Source of the DNA: Candidatus Wolframiiraptor gerlachensis
GTDB lineage: Archaea > Thermoproteota > Nitrososphaeria_A > Caldarchaeales > Wolframiiraptoraceae
Direction: 5' to 3'
Assembly: GCA_021323375.2 (NCBI GenBank)
Contig: JAJPCT020000022.1
Span: 1-64,000 of the forward strand
Length of the DNA stretch: 64,000 nucleotides
The position numbers were made by a program, and so were the translations under genes. Below are positions 32,850-42,098 of the stretch, one piece after another. The notes beneath the pieces were generated by a model. That model saw only the letters and a program-made list of their open reading frames with translations, ran no database searches and was not told the DNA's origin. Positions within the stretch are counted from its first letter, which is position 1, and each line of letters opens with the position of its first letter.

Positions 32850-34777
32850 GAAAGATTTTCCACGAGCTTCCAACACTCCGAGAGGCTCTTGAGCGCGTTC
32901 TTGAAAAGGTCTCCCCTCCCAGGGCCGAGGAAGTAGCTCTAGATGATGCTCTCGGCAGGGTCTTGGCATCCGACGTTTATGCGATGATTGATTCCCCACC
33001 ATTCGATAGATCTCTTGTTGATGGTTATGCTGTTAGGGCCGAGGATACTTATCAGGCTGATGAGGAGAATCCCGTGGAGCTTAAGCTCGTCGGCAGAGTT
33101 GATGTTGGCGAGAGGCCGTGTGTAACAATACGTGAGGGCGAGTGTGCCGAGATCTCGACGGGCGCGCCGATACCGCGTGGCGCGAATGCCGTTGTTATGG
33201 TCGAGTATACGAGCCAATTGGGTGATAGGGTGAGGGTTTTCAGGGCTGTTAGGCCCGGCGAGAATATAGCTCAAGTGGGCTCAGACATCTCCGCGGGAGA
33301 TCTCGTGCTGAGGAGGGGTAGGATGCTGACTGCGAGGGAGATCGCCGTGCTCGCCGGTCTCGGATATTCTAAGGTCATGGTCTATAAGAGGCCGAGGATC
33401 GCGGTCTTCTCTATTGGGAGGGAGCTCGTTAAGCCGGGGCAGCCGCTGGAGCTCGGGAAAATATACGATGTCAACGGCTACTCTATTCTCGGCCTTCTCA
33501 CGGAGCTCGGCCTCACCGCAACATTCAAGGGAATACTGCCCGATGATGAAGAAATAATTCTCAGGAGCCTCAGAGAAGCGTTGGACGAGAATGATGTGGT
33601 GATAACCTCAGGCGGGACATCAGCCGGCCTCGGAGACCTAACTTATAGAGTCTTCGAGAAGCTCGGGAGGGTAATCGTTCATGGGGTTAGGGTTAAGCCT
33701 GGGAAGCCGACGATAATCGCGATCACGCCTGATGGTAGGCTCTTGATCGGGCTACCCGGCTTCCCGCTATCCGCCATGATGATCTTCATCTCCCTAGTTA
33801 AGCCGATACTATTGAGGCTCATGGGCGCTGATGTGGAGGAGCCTGATACTATTCAAGCCGAGGCGGCATTTAGGCTGAACCTCGGCGGGAGGACCCACCT
33901 GATACCTGTGCATCTCATCGAGACCTCTAGGGGTCTTAGGGCTTATCCGATGCTGGGGGACTCGGGCTCAACCTCAGCATTACTCGATGCTGATGGATTC
34001 ATAGAAGTGCCCGGCGAGAAGCAGTATCTTGATGAGGGCGAGGTCGTGGAGGTCAGGCTCCTCAGGAGATACAGGCCTCCGAGCGCCGTGATCATTGGGA
34101 GCCATTGTCCCGCGCTCGACCTGCTGATAGACGTGGCCGGCTTGAGGAATATCAAGATGATAAGCGTCGGCTCACTTGGCGGGTGGTATGCGCTGAAGAG
34201 GGGCGAGGCCGACATCGCTGGAACACATCTCCTCGATGAGGAGACCATGAGATATAACATCCATATGCCGAAGAGGCTCGAGCTCGAGGAGGAGGTCGAG
34301 ATATACGGCGGCTACATCAGGGAGATAGGATTCATAACAGCTCCGGGCAACCCGAAGAATATCAAGGGTTTCGAGGATCTGCTGAGACCCGATGTCGTCT
34401 TCGTCAATAGGGTTCCCGGATCCGGGATAAGGACCTTCACAGATCTCCAGCTTAAGAGGCTTGGGATAATGGATCCGGAGAGGAGGATAAGGGGCTACAC
34501 ATATCAGGTGAGGACTCATACAGCGGTCGCAGCCGCCATCGCTCAAGGAAGAGCTGATGTGGGGATCGCGGTCGGATATGTAGCCAAGATCTATGGCCTC
34601 GAATTCATACATCTCGCGGATGAGAGATTCGACCTCGTCGTTCGCAGAGATAGGCTATACAAGAGCTCTGTTAAGGCGATTCTCGAGGCGCTGGGGAGCA
34701 GAAGCTTCGCTGAAAAGCTGAGCAAGCTACCACATTACAGGATTACGGATGAAACCGGGCGCAGGATCTATCCCTAA
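32846..34777 (+). CDS. moeA: MoeA fused to a C-terminal PBP (LysR-type substrate-binding) domain
   Basis: MoeA motifs followed by GSHC, GSLGG, NR..GSG.R and THTAVA. Confidence 0.92.
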   Translation: MRKIFHELPTLREALERVLEKVSPPRAEEVALDDALGRVLASDVYAMIDSPPFDRSLVDGYAVRAEDTYQADEENPVELKLVGRVDVGERPCVTIREGECAEISTGAPIPRGANAVVMVEYTSQLGDRVRVFRAVRPGENIAQVGSDISAGDLVLRRGRMLTAREIAVLAGLGYSKVMVYKRPRIAVFSIGRELVKPGQPLELGKIYDVNGYSILGLLTELGLTATFKGILPDDEEIILRSLREALDENDVVITSGGTSAGLGDLTYRVFEKLGRVIVHGVRVKPGKPTIIAITPDGRLLIGLPGFPLSAMMIFISLVKPILLRLMGADVEEPDTIQAEAAFRLNLGGRTHLIPVHLIETSRGLRAYPMLGDSGSTSALLDADGFIEVPGEKQYLDEGEVVEVRLLRRYRPPSAVIIGSHCPALDLLIDVAGLRNIKMISVGSLGGWYALKRGEADIAGTHLLDEETMRYNIHMPKRLELEEEVEIYGGYIREIGFITAPGNPKNIKGFEDLLRPDVVFVNRVPGSGIRTFTDLQLKRLGIMDPERRIRGYTYQVRTHTAVAAAIAQGRADVGIAVGYVAKIYGLEFIHLADERFDLVVRRDRLYKSSVKAILEALGSRSFAEKLSKLPHYRITDETGRRIYP

Positions 34778-34836
34778 GAAGAAGGGCTTGGGAGGGAAGT
34801 GAAGACTTTTATATATAGCTCCAACATTATTTTTCC

Positions 34837-36660
34837 ATGACATCTATTAGTGGTTATGCGAATAAAATAGCTTGGGTTGATCTCTCGGAGAAGCGCGTTG
34901 AATATCTGGAAGTTGACGAGGATGAGGCTGCGAAGTTTATCGGCGGGAGAGGCCTTGGTGGAAGACTTCTCCTAAAGCATGCTGTTGGCAAGGATCCCCT
35001 ATCACCCGAGAACATTCTAGCGATAATGGTCGGCCCGCTGACCGGCAGCGATGCCCCCCTCTCAAACAGGATCGCCGCTGTCACTCGGTCTCCTCTAACA
35101 GGTGCATTCGCCGATAGCCATTGCGGCGGATATGCTGGTCCGGCGCTCAAGCTCTCGGGCTTCGATGGCGTGGTGCTTGCTGGCGCATCCGATGTGCCAG
35201 TCATACTAGTTGCCAAGAATGGTGAGCTCTTAATTGAGTATGCGGAGGCGCTCTGGGGCAAGACCACATTTGACACATACCAGTCGATTAAGAGAAGGTA
35301 TGGCGCGGAGGCCGTGTTCTATGGCATCGGGCCGGCTGGAGAGAACATGGTGAAGTTCGCGAACATTATGCATTTCAGCAGGTTTGCTCCCGGTGGTAGG
35401 GCTTCCGGGAGATGTGGCACGGGGGCTGTGATGGGGAGCAAGAGGGTTAAGGGGCTCGTCATGCTTCCCGACCTAAAGAAGAAGCCTCGGCCGGCAAACC
35501 CTGACAAGTTCAAAAAGGCGATTGAAGACTCGCTTACAAGAATCAGGGAGAGCAGTGTAACGAGCCCCGGGAAAGGCGGCTTATCCGTCTATGGGACATC
35601 GGTTCTTGTGAACGTGATCAACGAACTGGGGGCATTTCCAACAAGAAACGCGAAGCAGACGATGTTCGAGGAGGCATACTATATCTCGGGTGAGAACCTC
35701 CGTGGAACGATTCTGAGAAGGCAGTGGACATGCTTCATGTGCCCGGTAGCCTGCAAGAGGGAGTCCGAGGTCAAGGATGGGAAGTTCAAGCATGAGAGCG
35801 AGGGGCCCGAATATGAGACTGTATGGGCTCTCGGAGCCATGATCGGCCTCGGCCACATTGAGGCAGTATCGTACCTGAACTATCTCGCAAATCTCTATGG
35901 CCTCGACACGATAGAGCTCGGGAACACCCTTGCAGTCGCATGCGAGGCCTCGGAGAGGGGTCTGATAAAGGATTCTGTGAAATGGGGCGATGCAGACGCC
36001 TTCATCGAGCTCATTAAGAAGATTGCCTATCGCGAGGGCGAGCTCGGAAACCTGCTGGCCGAGGGAGGGGCGAATGCTGCTGAGAGGCTTGGCGCTCCCG
36101 AAATCTCCATGTCGGTGAAGAAGATGAGTATACCAGCATATGACCCGAGAGGCGCTAAGGGCATGGGGCTCACATACGCGACATCAAATAGGGGGGCCTG
36201 CCACCTAAGGGCCTACGCCATCTCCTCCGAGGTCCTCGGCATACCATACAAGACAGATCCACTAGCATATGATGGCAAGGTAGATGTCGTGATATATTTC
36301 GAGAGGCTGTTCGCGGTCATAGATAGCATGACGTTCTGCAAGTTCAGCAGCTTCGCGATGACGAAGGAGGATTACGCCGCCCTCTACTCCGGGCTAACCG
36401 GGATAGAGGTCACGCCAGACGACTTGGACAAGATAGGGGAGAGAATCTGGACTCAAGAGAGATACTTTAACCAGCTTCATGGCTTCTCCCGGAAAGACGA
36501 TATACTGCCGAGAAGGTTCTTTGAGGAGCCATCATCTCATGGCCAGGTCTATGATAGGGAGATGTTCGAGAAGATGCTCGACGAATATTATCGGAAGCAT
36601 GGATACGATCCCGATGGAAGGGTTCCCGAGGAGACCCTGAAAAGCCTTGGAATAATCTAG
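34837..36660 (+). CDS. aor: tungsten-type aldehyde:ferredoxin oxidoreductase family protein
   Basis: GGRGLG, GAVMGSK, CxxCxxxC, EYET, DTI, DPR and RGACH motifs. Confidence 0.93.
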   Translation: MTSISGYANKIAWVDLSEKRVEYLEVDEDEAAKFIGGRGLGGRLLLKHAVGKDPLSPENILAIMVGPLTGSDAPLSNRIAAVTRSPLTGAFADSHCGGYAGPALKLSGFDGVVLAGASDVPVILVAKNGELLIEYAEALWGKTTFDTYQSIKRRYGAEAVFYGIGPAGENMVKFANIMHFSRFAPGGRASGRCGTGAVMGSKRVKGLVMLPDLKKKPRPANPDKFKKAIEDSLTRIRESSVTSPGKGGLSVYGTSVLVNVINELGAFPTRNAKQTMFEEAYYISGENLRGTILRRQWTCFMCPVACKRESEVKDGKFKHESEGPEYETVWALGAMIGLGHIEAVSYLNYLANLYGLDTIELGNTLAVACEASERGLIKDSVKWGDADAFIELIKKIAYREGELGNLLAEGGANAAERLGAPEISMSVKKMSIPAYDPRGAKGMGLTYATSNRGACHLRAYAISSEVLGIPYKTDPLAYDGKVDVVIYFERLFAVIDSMTFCKFSSFAMTKEDYAALYSGLTGIEVTPDDLDKIGERIWTQERYFNQLHGFSRKDDILPRRFFEEPSSHGQVYDREMFEKMLDEYYRKHGYDPDGRVPEETLKSLGII

Positions 36661-36679
36661 CCTTCTCCACCCCCAATTT

Positions 36680-37459
36680 TTATTTTATTTTTCTGCAGGC
36701 AGGGCAGTTTGGGTTTCTCTTGATCTCTATTGTGTGGAAGGAGAGATCCATTCCATCTATTACTATGAGCTTCCCTATCGCTGGCTCGCCGAGCCCGGTG
36801 ATGACCTTTATCGCCTCTAGGGCCTCAAGAGCGCCGACTATCCCCGGAAGAGGCCCTAGAACCGGGATCTTATCATGCTCAGTTGGCTCATGTGGTATTA
36901 GGCATCTTAAGCATGGACCCATGCCTGGGATTATCGTCATCAGCCTACCCTCGGCTCCATATATCGCGCCGTGAATAAGCGGCTTCTCAAGCTCTACGCA
37001 TGCATCATTAAGGATGAACCTAGTCCTGAAGTTGTCGAGGCAGTCCACCGCCAGATCAGCATTTGATAACATCTCTCTAACGTTTTCCTCCGTCAGCTTC
37101 TCCCCCAGAGCCTCAACCTCGATCTCCGGGTTTAGTTCTCTGAGACGCTTGGCGGCAACATCGACCTTCCGCTTTCCTATGTCGCCGGTATCATAGAGTA
37201 TCTGCCTATTCAGGTTGCTAAGCTCCACGTAGCCGTCATCGATTATTCTCAGGAGGCCGACGCCGGCTGAGGCGAGGTAGAGGGCTGCAGCGGATCCAAG
37301 GCCACCAACGCCGACGACTAGGACCCTAGCTCTCTTCAGTTTTAGCTGGCTCTCAATACCGAATCCGAGGAGCCTTAGCTGCCTATCATACCTCTCAAGC
37401 TCCTCGGGCGATAGCTTATCCTCCTGCGACCGGCGGTATGAATGCGACTGAGTCCCCAT
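36680..37459 (-). CDS. ThiF/MoeB E1-like adenylyltransferase
   Basis: RYDRQ, GVGGLG, SNLNRQ and CxxC...CxxC motifs. Confidence 0.92.
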   Translation of the reverse strand: MGTQSHSYRRSQEDKLSPEELERYDRQLRLLGFGIESQLKLKRARVLVVGVGGLGSAAALYLASAGVGLLRIIDDGYVELSNLNRQILYDTGDIGKRKVDVAAKRLRELNPEIEVEALGEKLTEENVREMLSNADLAVDCLDNFRTRFILNDACVELEKPLIHGAIYGAEGRLMTIIPGMGPCLRCLIPHEPTEHDKIPVLGPLPGIVGALEALEAIKVITGLGEPAIGKLIVIDGMDLSFHTIEIKRNPNCPACRKIK

Positions 37460-37694
37460 CCCTCAGCCTAGTCCTTAAACCATTTAAATATATTATCTCC
37501 CTACCATTAACTAGGATCTTCACGTTCGGGTTCTCGCCCACGAGCTTACCGACATCAAGCTTGGAGCCATATTGCTCCCTAAGCTTCTCCAGCAGGTCCT
37601 CAATAGTCGAGCCTTCGGGGAGCTCAAGATAGAGCATCCCGGTTCCGCCGAATATCTCCCGGAGGGTGGCGAAGGACTTGACTATTATCCTCAA
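37416..37694 (-). CDS. MoaD/ThiS/SAMP ubiquitin-like sulfur carrier
   Basis: FATLRE...ILVNG...PPVAGG C-terminus. Confidence 0.93.
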   Translation of the reverse strand: MRIIVKSFATLREIFGGTGMLYLELPEGSTIEDLLEKLREQYGSKLDVGKLVGENPNVKILVNGREIIYLNGLRTRLRDGDSVAFIPPVAGG

Positions 37695-37751
37695 ACTACT
37701 CCTCCATGAGGTCCCGCATTTCCAAGATTTATCTCTTTAAACTATGTTTGC

Positions 37752-38540
37752 TTAGGCCTTTACCCACTCCACCCCGAGATCCTTGAGGATTGATAGTAAG
37801 AGGTCGCGATCATGCCCCCTCAACCCCTTCCAGTCTATGACGGCGAGCCTAGGCTTTTCAATAGTCTTCTCGAGAGCCTGCTCGACCATCAGTCTATCAA
37901 TGGGCATGGCGTATTTCGGACACATGTGGCCGAAGGAGTATTCTCCAGCTAGGGCGAACCTTGTGAATGATGGTGCATAATGTCCTCCACCGAACCCTAT
38001 GGCGGGCGGCGGACCGGAGCATGTCTCGCAAGCCGCGATGCATGCCCTAGCCACAGCCTCGACGGCTCTTTGATCCGGCTCCTCCAATGGCCCCCCAGCC
38101 TCGATGAAGATCGTTGGAACCGATGTGGCTGGGCCATGATGCGTGACCTCCAGACCGACGCTCCATCCCTCGAGCTCGAGCTCTAAGACCGCGTCGTGAA
38201 GCGCCCACAAAGCACCATATAGGGCCATGGCGCTTGTTGGCGATAGAGTTCTCGGAAGACCTCCCACAAGCACCTCATCACCCCAGTTGCCAACTGGATG
38301 TGTTAGGAGGGCTCTCACCCCGGCCTCGGACCTATGTGAGGAGGCGACGACTTGGAGCTCGGGCCTCAAGTCCTCCCCCAGCCCATTCACGTGAACATGC
38401 TTTTCAGCTATCACCTTGAGAAGTATGTCCCCTCTAGCATAGAGCCTATCCCCGATAGGCTTGAAGCCGTATCCCTCGATCAAGAGCCTTCCAGCCAGAA
38501 TCGAGGTTGGATCAGCCTCCGAGACCACTATCAGCCTCAA
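37752..38540 (-). CDS. dtdA: D-aminoacyl-tRNA deacylase (DTD2 type)
   Basis: SSHRS, H..GN, EVTHHGP, GGGHYAP and GH..PKY motifs. Confidence 0.9.
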   Translation of the reverse strand: MRLIVVSEADPTSILAGRLLIEGYGFKPIGDRLYARGDILLKVIAEKHVHVNGLGEDLRPELQVVASSHRSEAGVRALLTHPVGNWGDEVLVGGLPRTLSPTSAMALYGALWALHDAVLELELEGWSVGLEVTHHGPATSVPTIFIEAGGPLEEPDQRAVEAVARACIAACETCSGPPPAIGFGGGHYAPSFTRFALAGEYSFGHMCPKYAMPIDRLMVEQALEKTIEKPRLAVIDWKGLRGHDRDLLLSILKDLGVEWVKA

Positions 38541-38787
38541 CCCGCCTCACCCGAGAAATGAATAGCATATCTTCCTATGAATTCCTCTAAAATGTTGCTT
38601 TTCCAGCCCCTCGCCCAATCTAGCCGAACATTCATTTCATGGAAGCTATGTTAAAGTAAGGGTCAACAAGGCCTGAATTATGGTTAGCCATGATAGCGCC
38701 TCCCATCTATCACATCTCAAATATTTTGCGATAACGAGTTTATGCCTTTTATGTCGTAATTCAGGAGTGACTCTTGGACAGGAATTT

Positions 38788-39234
38788 TTATTCACCTGGG
38801 GGCGGTGGAAGTGATGTTACAGTAATTGTCGTCGTTGATGTAGATGTAACAGTTGTTGTAATGGTTCGCGTGGTTGTCGTCAGGCTTGTAATCGTCTCCG
38901 TGGTTGTTATGGAGTAGGTGGTTGTGGAGGTGATTGTTGTCGGGCTTATGCTCGTCACCGTTGTGGGGATAAAAGTAGCCTCTGTTTTTGTAGATATTTG
39001 GGTGAGCGTCGTAGGGCTCGTAATGATACTATAAACAGTTTCCATGCCTGTCACAGTTACTCTGACCGTTTCAGATGAGGTTTCCGTGGATATGACCGTA
39101 TGAGTAACTGTTGTCGGGCTAAAGATGGTAGTACTCCTAGCCTCGGTCAGGGTTGACATCGATAAAACCCCTATACCTATGATCATTAAAACAGCTATAA
39201 TCGATAAAGTTAACGCTATGATATTCAGCCTCAC
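38788..39234 (-). CDS. membrane-anchored Thr/Ser-rich protein
   Basis: N-terminal hydrophobic helix, low-complexity Thr-rich body, ends in PPPPGE. Confidence 0.6.
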   Translation of the reverse strand: MRLNIIALTLSIIAVLMIIGIGVLSMSTLTEARSTTIFSPTTVTHTVISTETSSETVRVTVTGMETVYSIITSPTTLTQISTKTEATFIPTTVTSISPTTITSTTTYSITTTETITSLTTTTRTITTTVTSTSTTTITVTSLPPPPGE

Positions 39235-39456
39235 TCTTTCAGATATTTGTACGTCTGATAGGATTTAAGTCTTTCCGATGACGAGCTGTCAACCAGATAA
39301 TGCCTCTCTTTGGGCCCTATCACTAATGCATAGCCCTTTTATCAAATTCCTGCTGGCCAGCTTTTGCCCGCGCCTTTCTACCAAAGCTTAAGCCCGATTC
39401 ACTTTTCATGGTTAAGATTTTAAACTGTTTTATTATCTTTCTAGGCTAGGGGCTGG

Positions 39457-40317
39457 ATGAGATTTAGGTCCATTAGGAGGCCGCTGATATGTAGTCCGGC
39501 TGCTAGGCTGCTTCTTGAAGGTAAGCGCCGCGGCCTTAAAAGTGTTAGGACATCGCTGGATCTTGGGAGGAGCTATGTTGAGGTTGAGCTCCTCGATTAT
39601 GGCATACGCTATGGTGATGTGGAGCTTAGCTGGGATAATATCAACCTCGCTTGCTCCCGGGAGAGGGATATCTATGTTATCGAGGGCGGGGAGCTTATAC
39701 CGCTCTCAATAGCCTCGGAGCATTTTTACAAGCTCGTTCTCGTCAAGTGGGGTAAGCCGCCGACACTCGAGATAGATGGCATACACATGCATAGAATTCT
39801 AGATGTTACGCCCGATGTGGACTCGGAGATGAAGGTGGCTCTCCTAGGGAACATCAGGTGCTGGAGGGTTCTTGATGTTTGCACGGGGCTTGGATACACA
39901 GCGATAGCGGCGCTGAAGAGGGGTGCCTGCTCGATCCTGACAATAGAGAAGGATGAGAATGTGCTGAGGCTCGCCGCCCTCAATCCATGGTCGCGGGAGC
40001 TTGAGGATGATCGGGTTGAGCTTGTGCTCGGCGACGCATTCGAGGTCTTGGAGGAGTTTAAGAACGAGTTCGACGCCGTGATCCATGATCCCCCGAGGAT
40101 GCCCCTAGCAGGGAGCCTCTATAGCTTGGAGTTTTACGTGAAGCTGGCTAGGGCCCTCAAGCCCGGGGGAAAGATCGTGCATTATGTCGGCCAGCCGGGA
40201 ATCCATAGGGGTAGGAGGATTTGGAAGGGGGTTCTCGAGAGGCTTAGGCAGGCTGGATTCGATGCAAGCTATGATGAGAGGTCTCGATGCGTCTATGGTA
40301 GGAAACTGGGAAAATAA
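39457..40317 (+). CDS. archaeal class I SAM-dependent methyltransferase
   Basis: PTLEIDGIHMH, VLDVCTGLGYTA and IHDPPR motifs. Confidence 0.85.
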   Translation: MRFRSIRRPLICSPAARLLLEGKRRGLKSVRTSLDLGRSYVEVELLDYGIRYGDVELSWDNINLACSRERDIYVIEGGELIPLSIASEHFYKLVLVKWGKPPTLEIDGIHMHRILDVTPDVDSEMKVALLGNIRCWRVLDVCTGLGYTAIAALKRGACSILTIEKDENVLRLAALNPWSRELEDDRVELVLGDAFEVLEEFKNEFDAVIHDPPRMPLAGSLYSLEFYVKLARALKPGGKIVHYVGQPGIHRGRRIWKGVLERLRQAGFDASYDERSRCVYGRKLGK

Positions 40318-40334
40318 GAATAATGATGGGTTTT

Positions 40335-40826
40335 TACTCTGATGGGATCTCGTCTCTCAGCCCATTAACCTAATAGATCGTCATGTCCTATAAATCGCTC
40401 CACACGTCGTCTAGATACTCCGGTAGCCCTGACCTTTCCACGATTCTGACACTACTGCGTACACCTCACTCATAGACTGTTATAGTATAGTGTGGTTCTA
40501 TCCTGTATGGTAGCCTGCCATGTTCTCTCATGAGATATGCTAGATCTCTTCATCCGTTGGGATTATTATCCAGTGAGATCTCCTCTAGAGCCTTATAAAA
40601 CTCCTCATTCCCGATCTCATGGTAATAGGGTGTATGTCTGAAAACTGAGACTTTAAGCCTCTTATTATCCCTGTCTCGGCAATACCATACCTGCGCCTCC
40701 TCGCCCAGCTCAGCAGCATACTTCTTCTCTACGTGGAAGATCTCATGCCTGTTCGCCCTCCGCTCGCGGGGAATCTCGACTCAGAGCCCCTCAACCTCCC
40801 TTAGCGCTCTCATTATGCCCCTTTCC
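40335..40826 (-). pseudogene. decayed gene of unknown function abutting element copy 1
   Basis: Protein-like fragments (MRALREVEGL*VEIPRE...FYKALEEIS; DLAYLMREHGRLPYRIEPHY; IVERSGLPEYLDDVW) broken by stops and frameshifts. Confidence 0.45.
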
Positions 40827-40831
40827 CATGT

Positions 40832-41956
40832 TGCATTTTCGGGCTGGCCCTCAATGAATAAGTTGAGGGTTCATGTTGAGGGTATGTGTGGGATGTAGAT
40901 GATTGGGGTTTACTATGTTGATACTGCAATTCCAAGTGACAGGAAGAAGAGGGGAAGAGTAAGACTCATACGGTCTTCGACGGGGGGCAAGGTATTCAAA
41001 GTGAGAAGATTAACCGAGCTGGAGGCGCCGACGAGATATACATCAATTCGCTGCTCCCGGAGCTATATGACGAGATCCTAGAATCGTTGAGGAGGGGTGT
41101 TAGGGTATACCTGCTGAAGGATGTCAGAAAGCTGATGAGGATGGAGAATAACTTGAAGAAGAATGATGAGAATAATGCTATGCTATTTTCAAGAATTCCA
41201 AGAGAGGCATTCAGGTTGTTGACGATTGAGGAGATAGAGCTTAAGGCGGAGACACATCCGTTGATAAATAAGTATGAGTGGCTTGTGCGGTGGAGGAAGC
41301 AGCTGAGGAAGTTGGTTAAGGACGGCTATGACTATAACTTCAAGGAATCAATAAGGCTCATGGAGATGGATAGGAGGAAAATATCCTCCGAGGAGATTAT
41401 CAGACAGGTGGACAGCCTCCCCATTTACGGGGAGATTTGGTGGAAAGCTTGCGAGATCCTTGGGGCTCAGGAAGAGCGCTGAGCTAGCCATACTGGCGAT
41501 AGGGTTGCCGCCTCATTTGCCGATGGTGAGTTGAAAACGTTATTGGGGTTGGTTCTAGGCGGAAATAGAGGACGGTACAACCATAGGTTAAGAGATCATA
41601 TTACGAGATTCGCAGTAAACCTTTACATAAACGCCGAGAAAGGATGCCAGTATTTCGGATAAGGTTATTGAGGTTGTTAATTGTCTGCCGAAAAAGCGGG
41701 CAATATCCAAATTAGAGTGATGATTCTAAAAATGCTACGATAGCATACCTTATGACGACAAATCCGCTGGCCAGCGGCAGTAAAAGCCATAAAAGCCGGT
41801 AAGGTTATTAGCGTTTCCCCACTATGGATGGGTTTATAAACCGTCCATAGATGGTTATGGCAGGATCTCCTGCCGGTCTTTATGGCTACGAGGACTCGCC
41901 GGCCAGCCACCTCCCCTTTTCCCCTAAAGCTCACTCACTTTCATGATTATGAACTT
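40832..41956 (+). mobile_element. decayed IS110/Tas-like element, copy 1 (pseudogene 40899 to about 41780 plus conserved non-coding ends)
   Basis: Aligns end to end with 48765-49812. Reconstructed protein: YYVD..KTH.VFDG..EIYINS..VYLLKD..KKNDENNA..coiled coil..LKTLLGLV..GRYNHRLR. Boundaries are uncertain. Confidence 0.65.
41766..41907 (+). ncRNA. candidate structured guide RNA of element copy 1
   Basis: Nested stems GCTGGCC/GGCCAGC, AGCCATAAAAGCCGG/CCGGTCTTTATGGCT and CTATGGA/TCCATAG surround a symmetric internal loop; conserved in copy 2. Confidence 0.55.
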
Positions 41957-42098
41957 CATGTGATACGAATATAGTAAACTGATACTTGGAGCTCGCGGAT
42001 TCGAACTTTCATACTTGTTAAATTTTTTCGGCCCATCCCTCCTAATACACTCCTAAGAGATCCCCTTATACTACCCTTAATCTAAGATTCTGCCGGAT

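Noticed and set aside
40335-40826. In-frame TGA/TAG codons as selenocysteine or pyrrolysine recoding
   Set aside because: The same region also has frameshifts, and all intact genes use standard stops; simple decay explains it.
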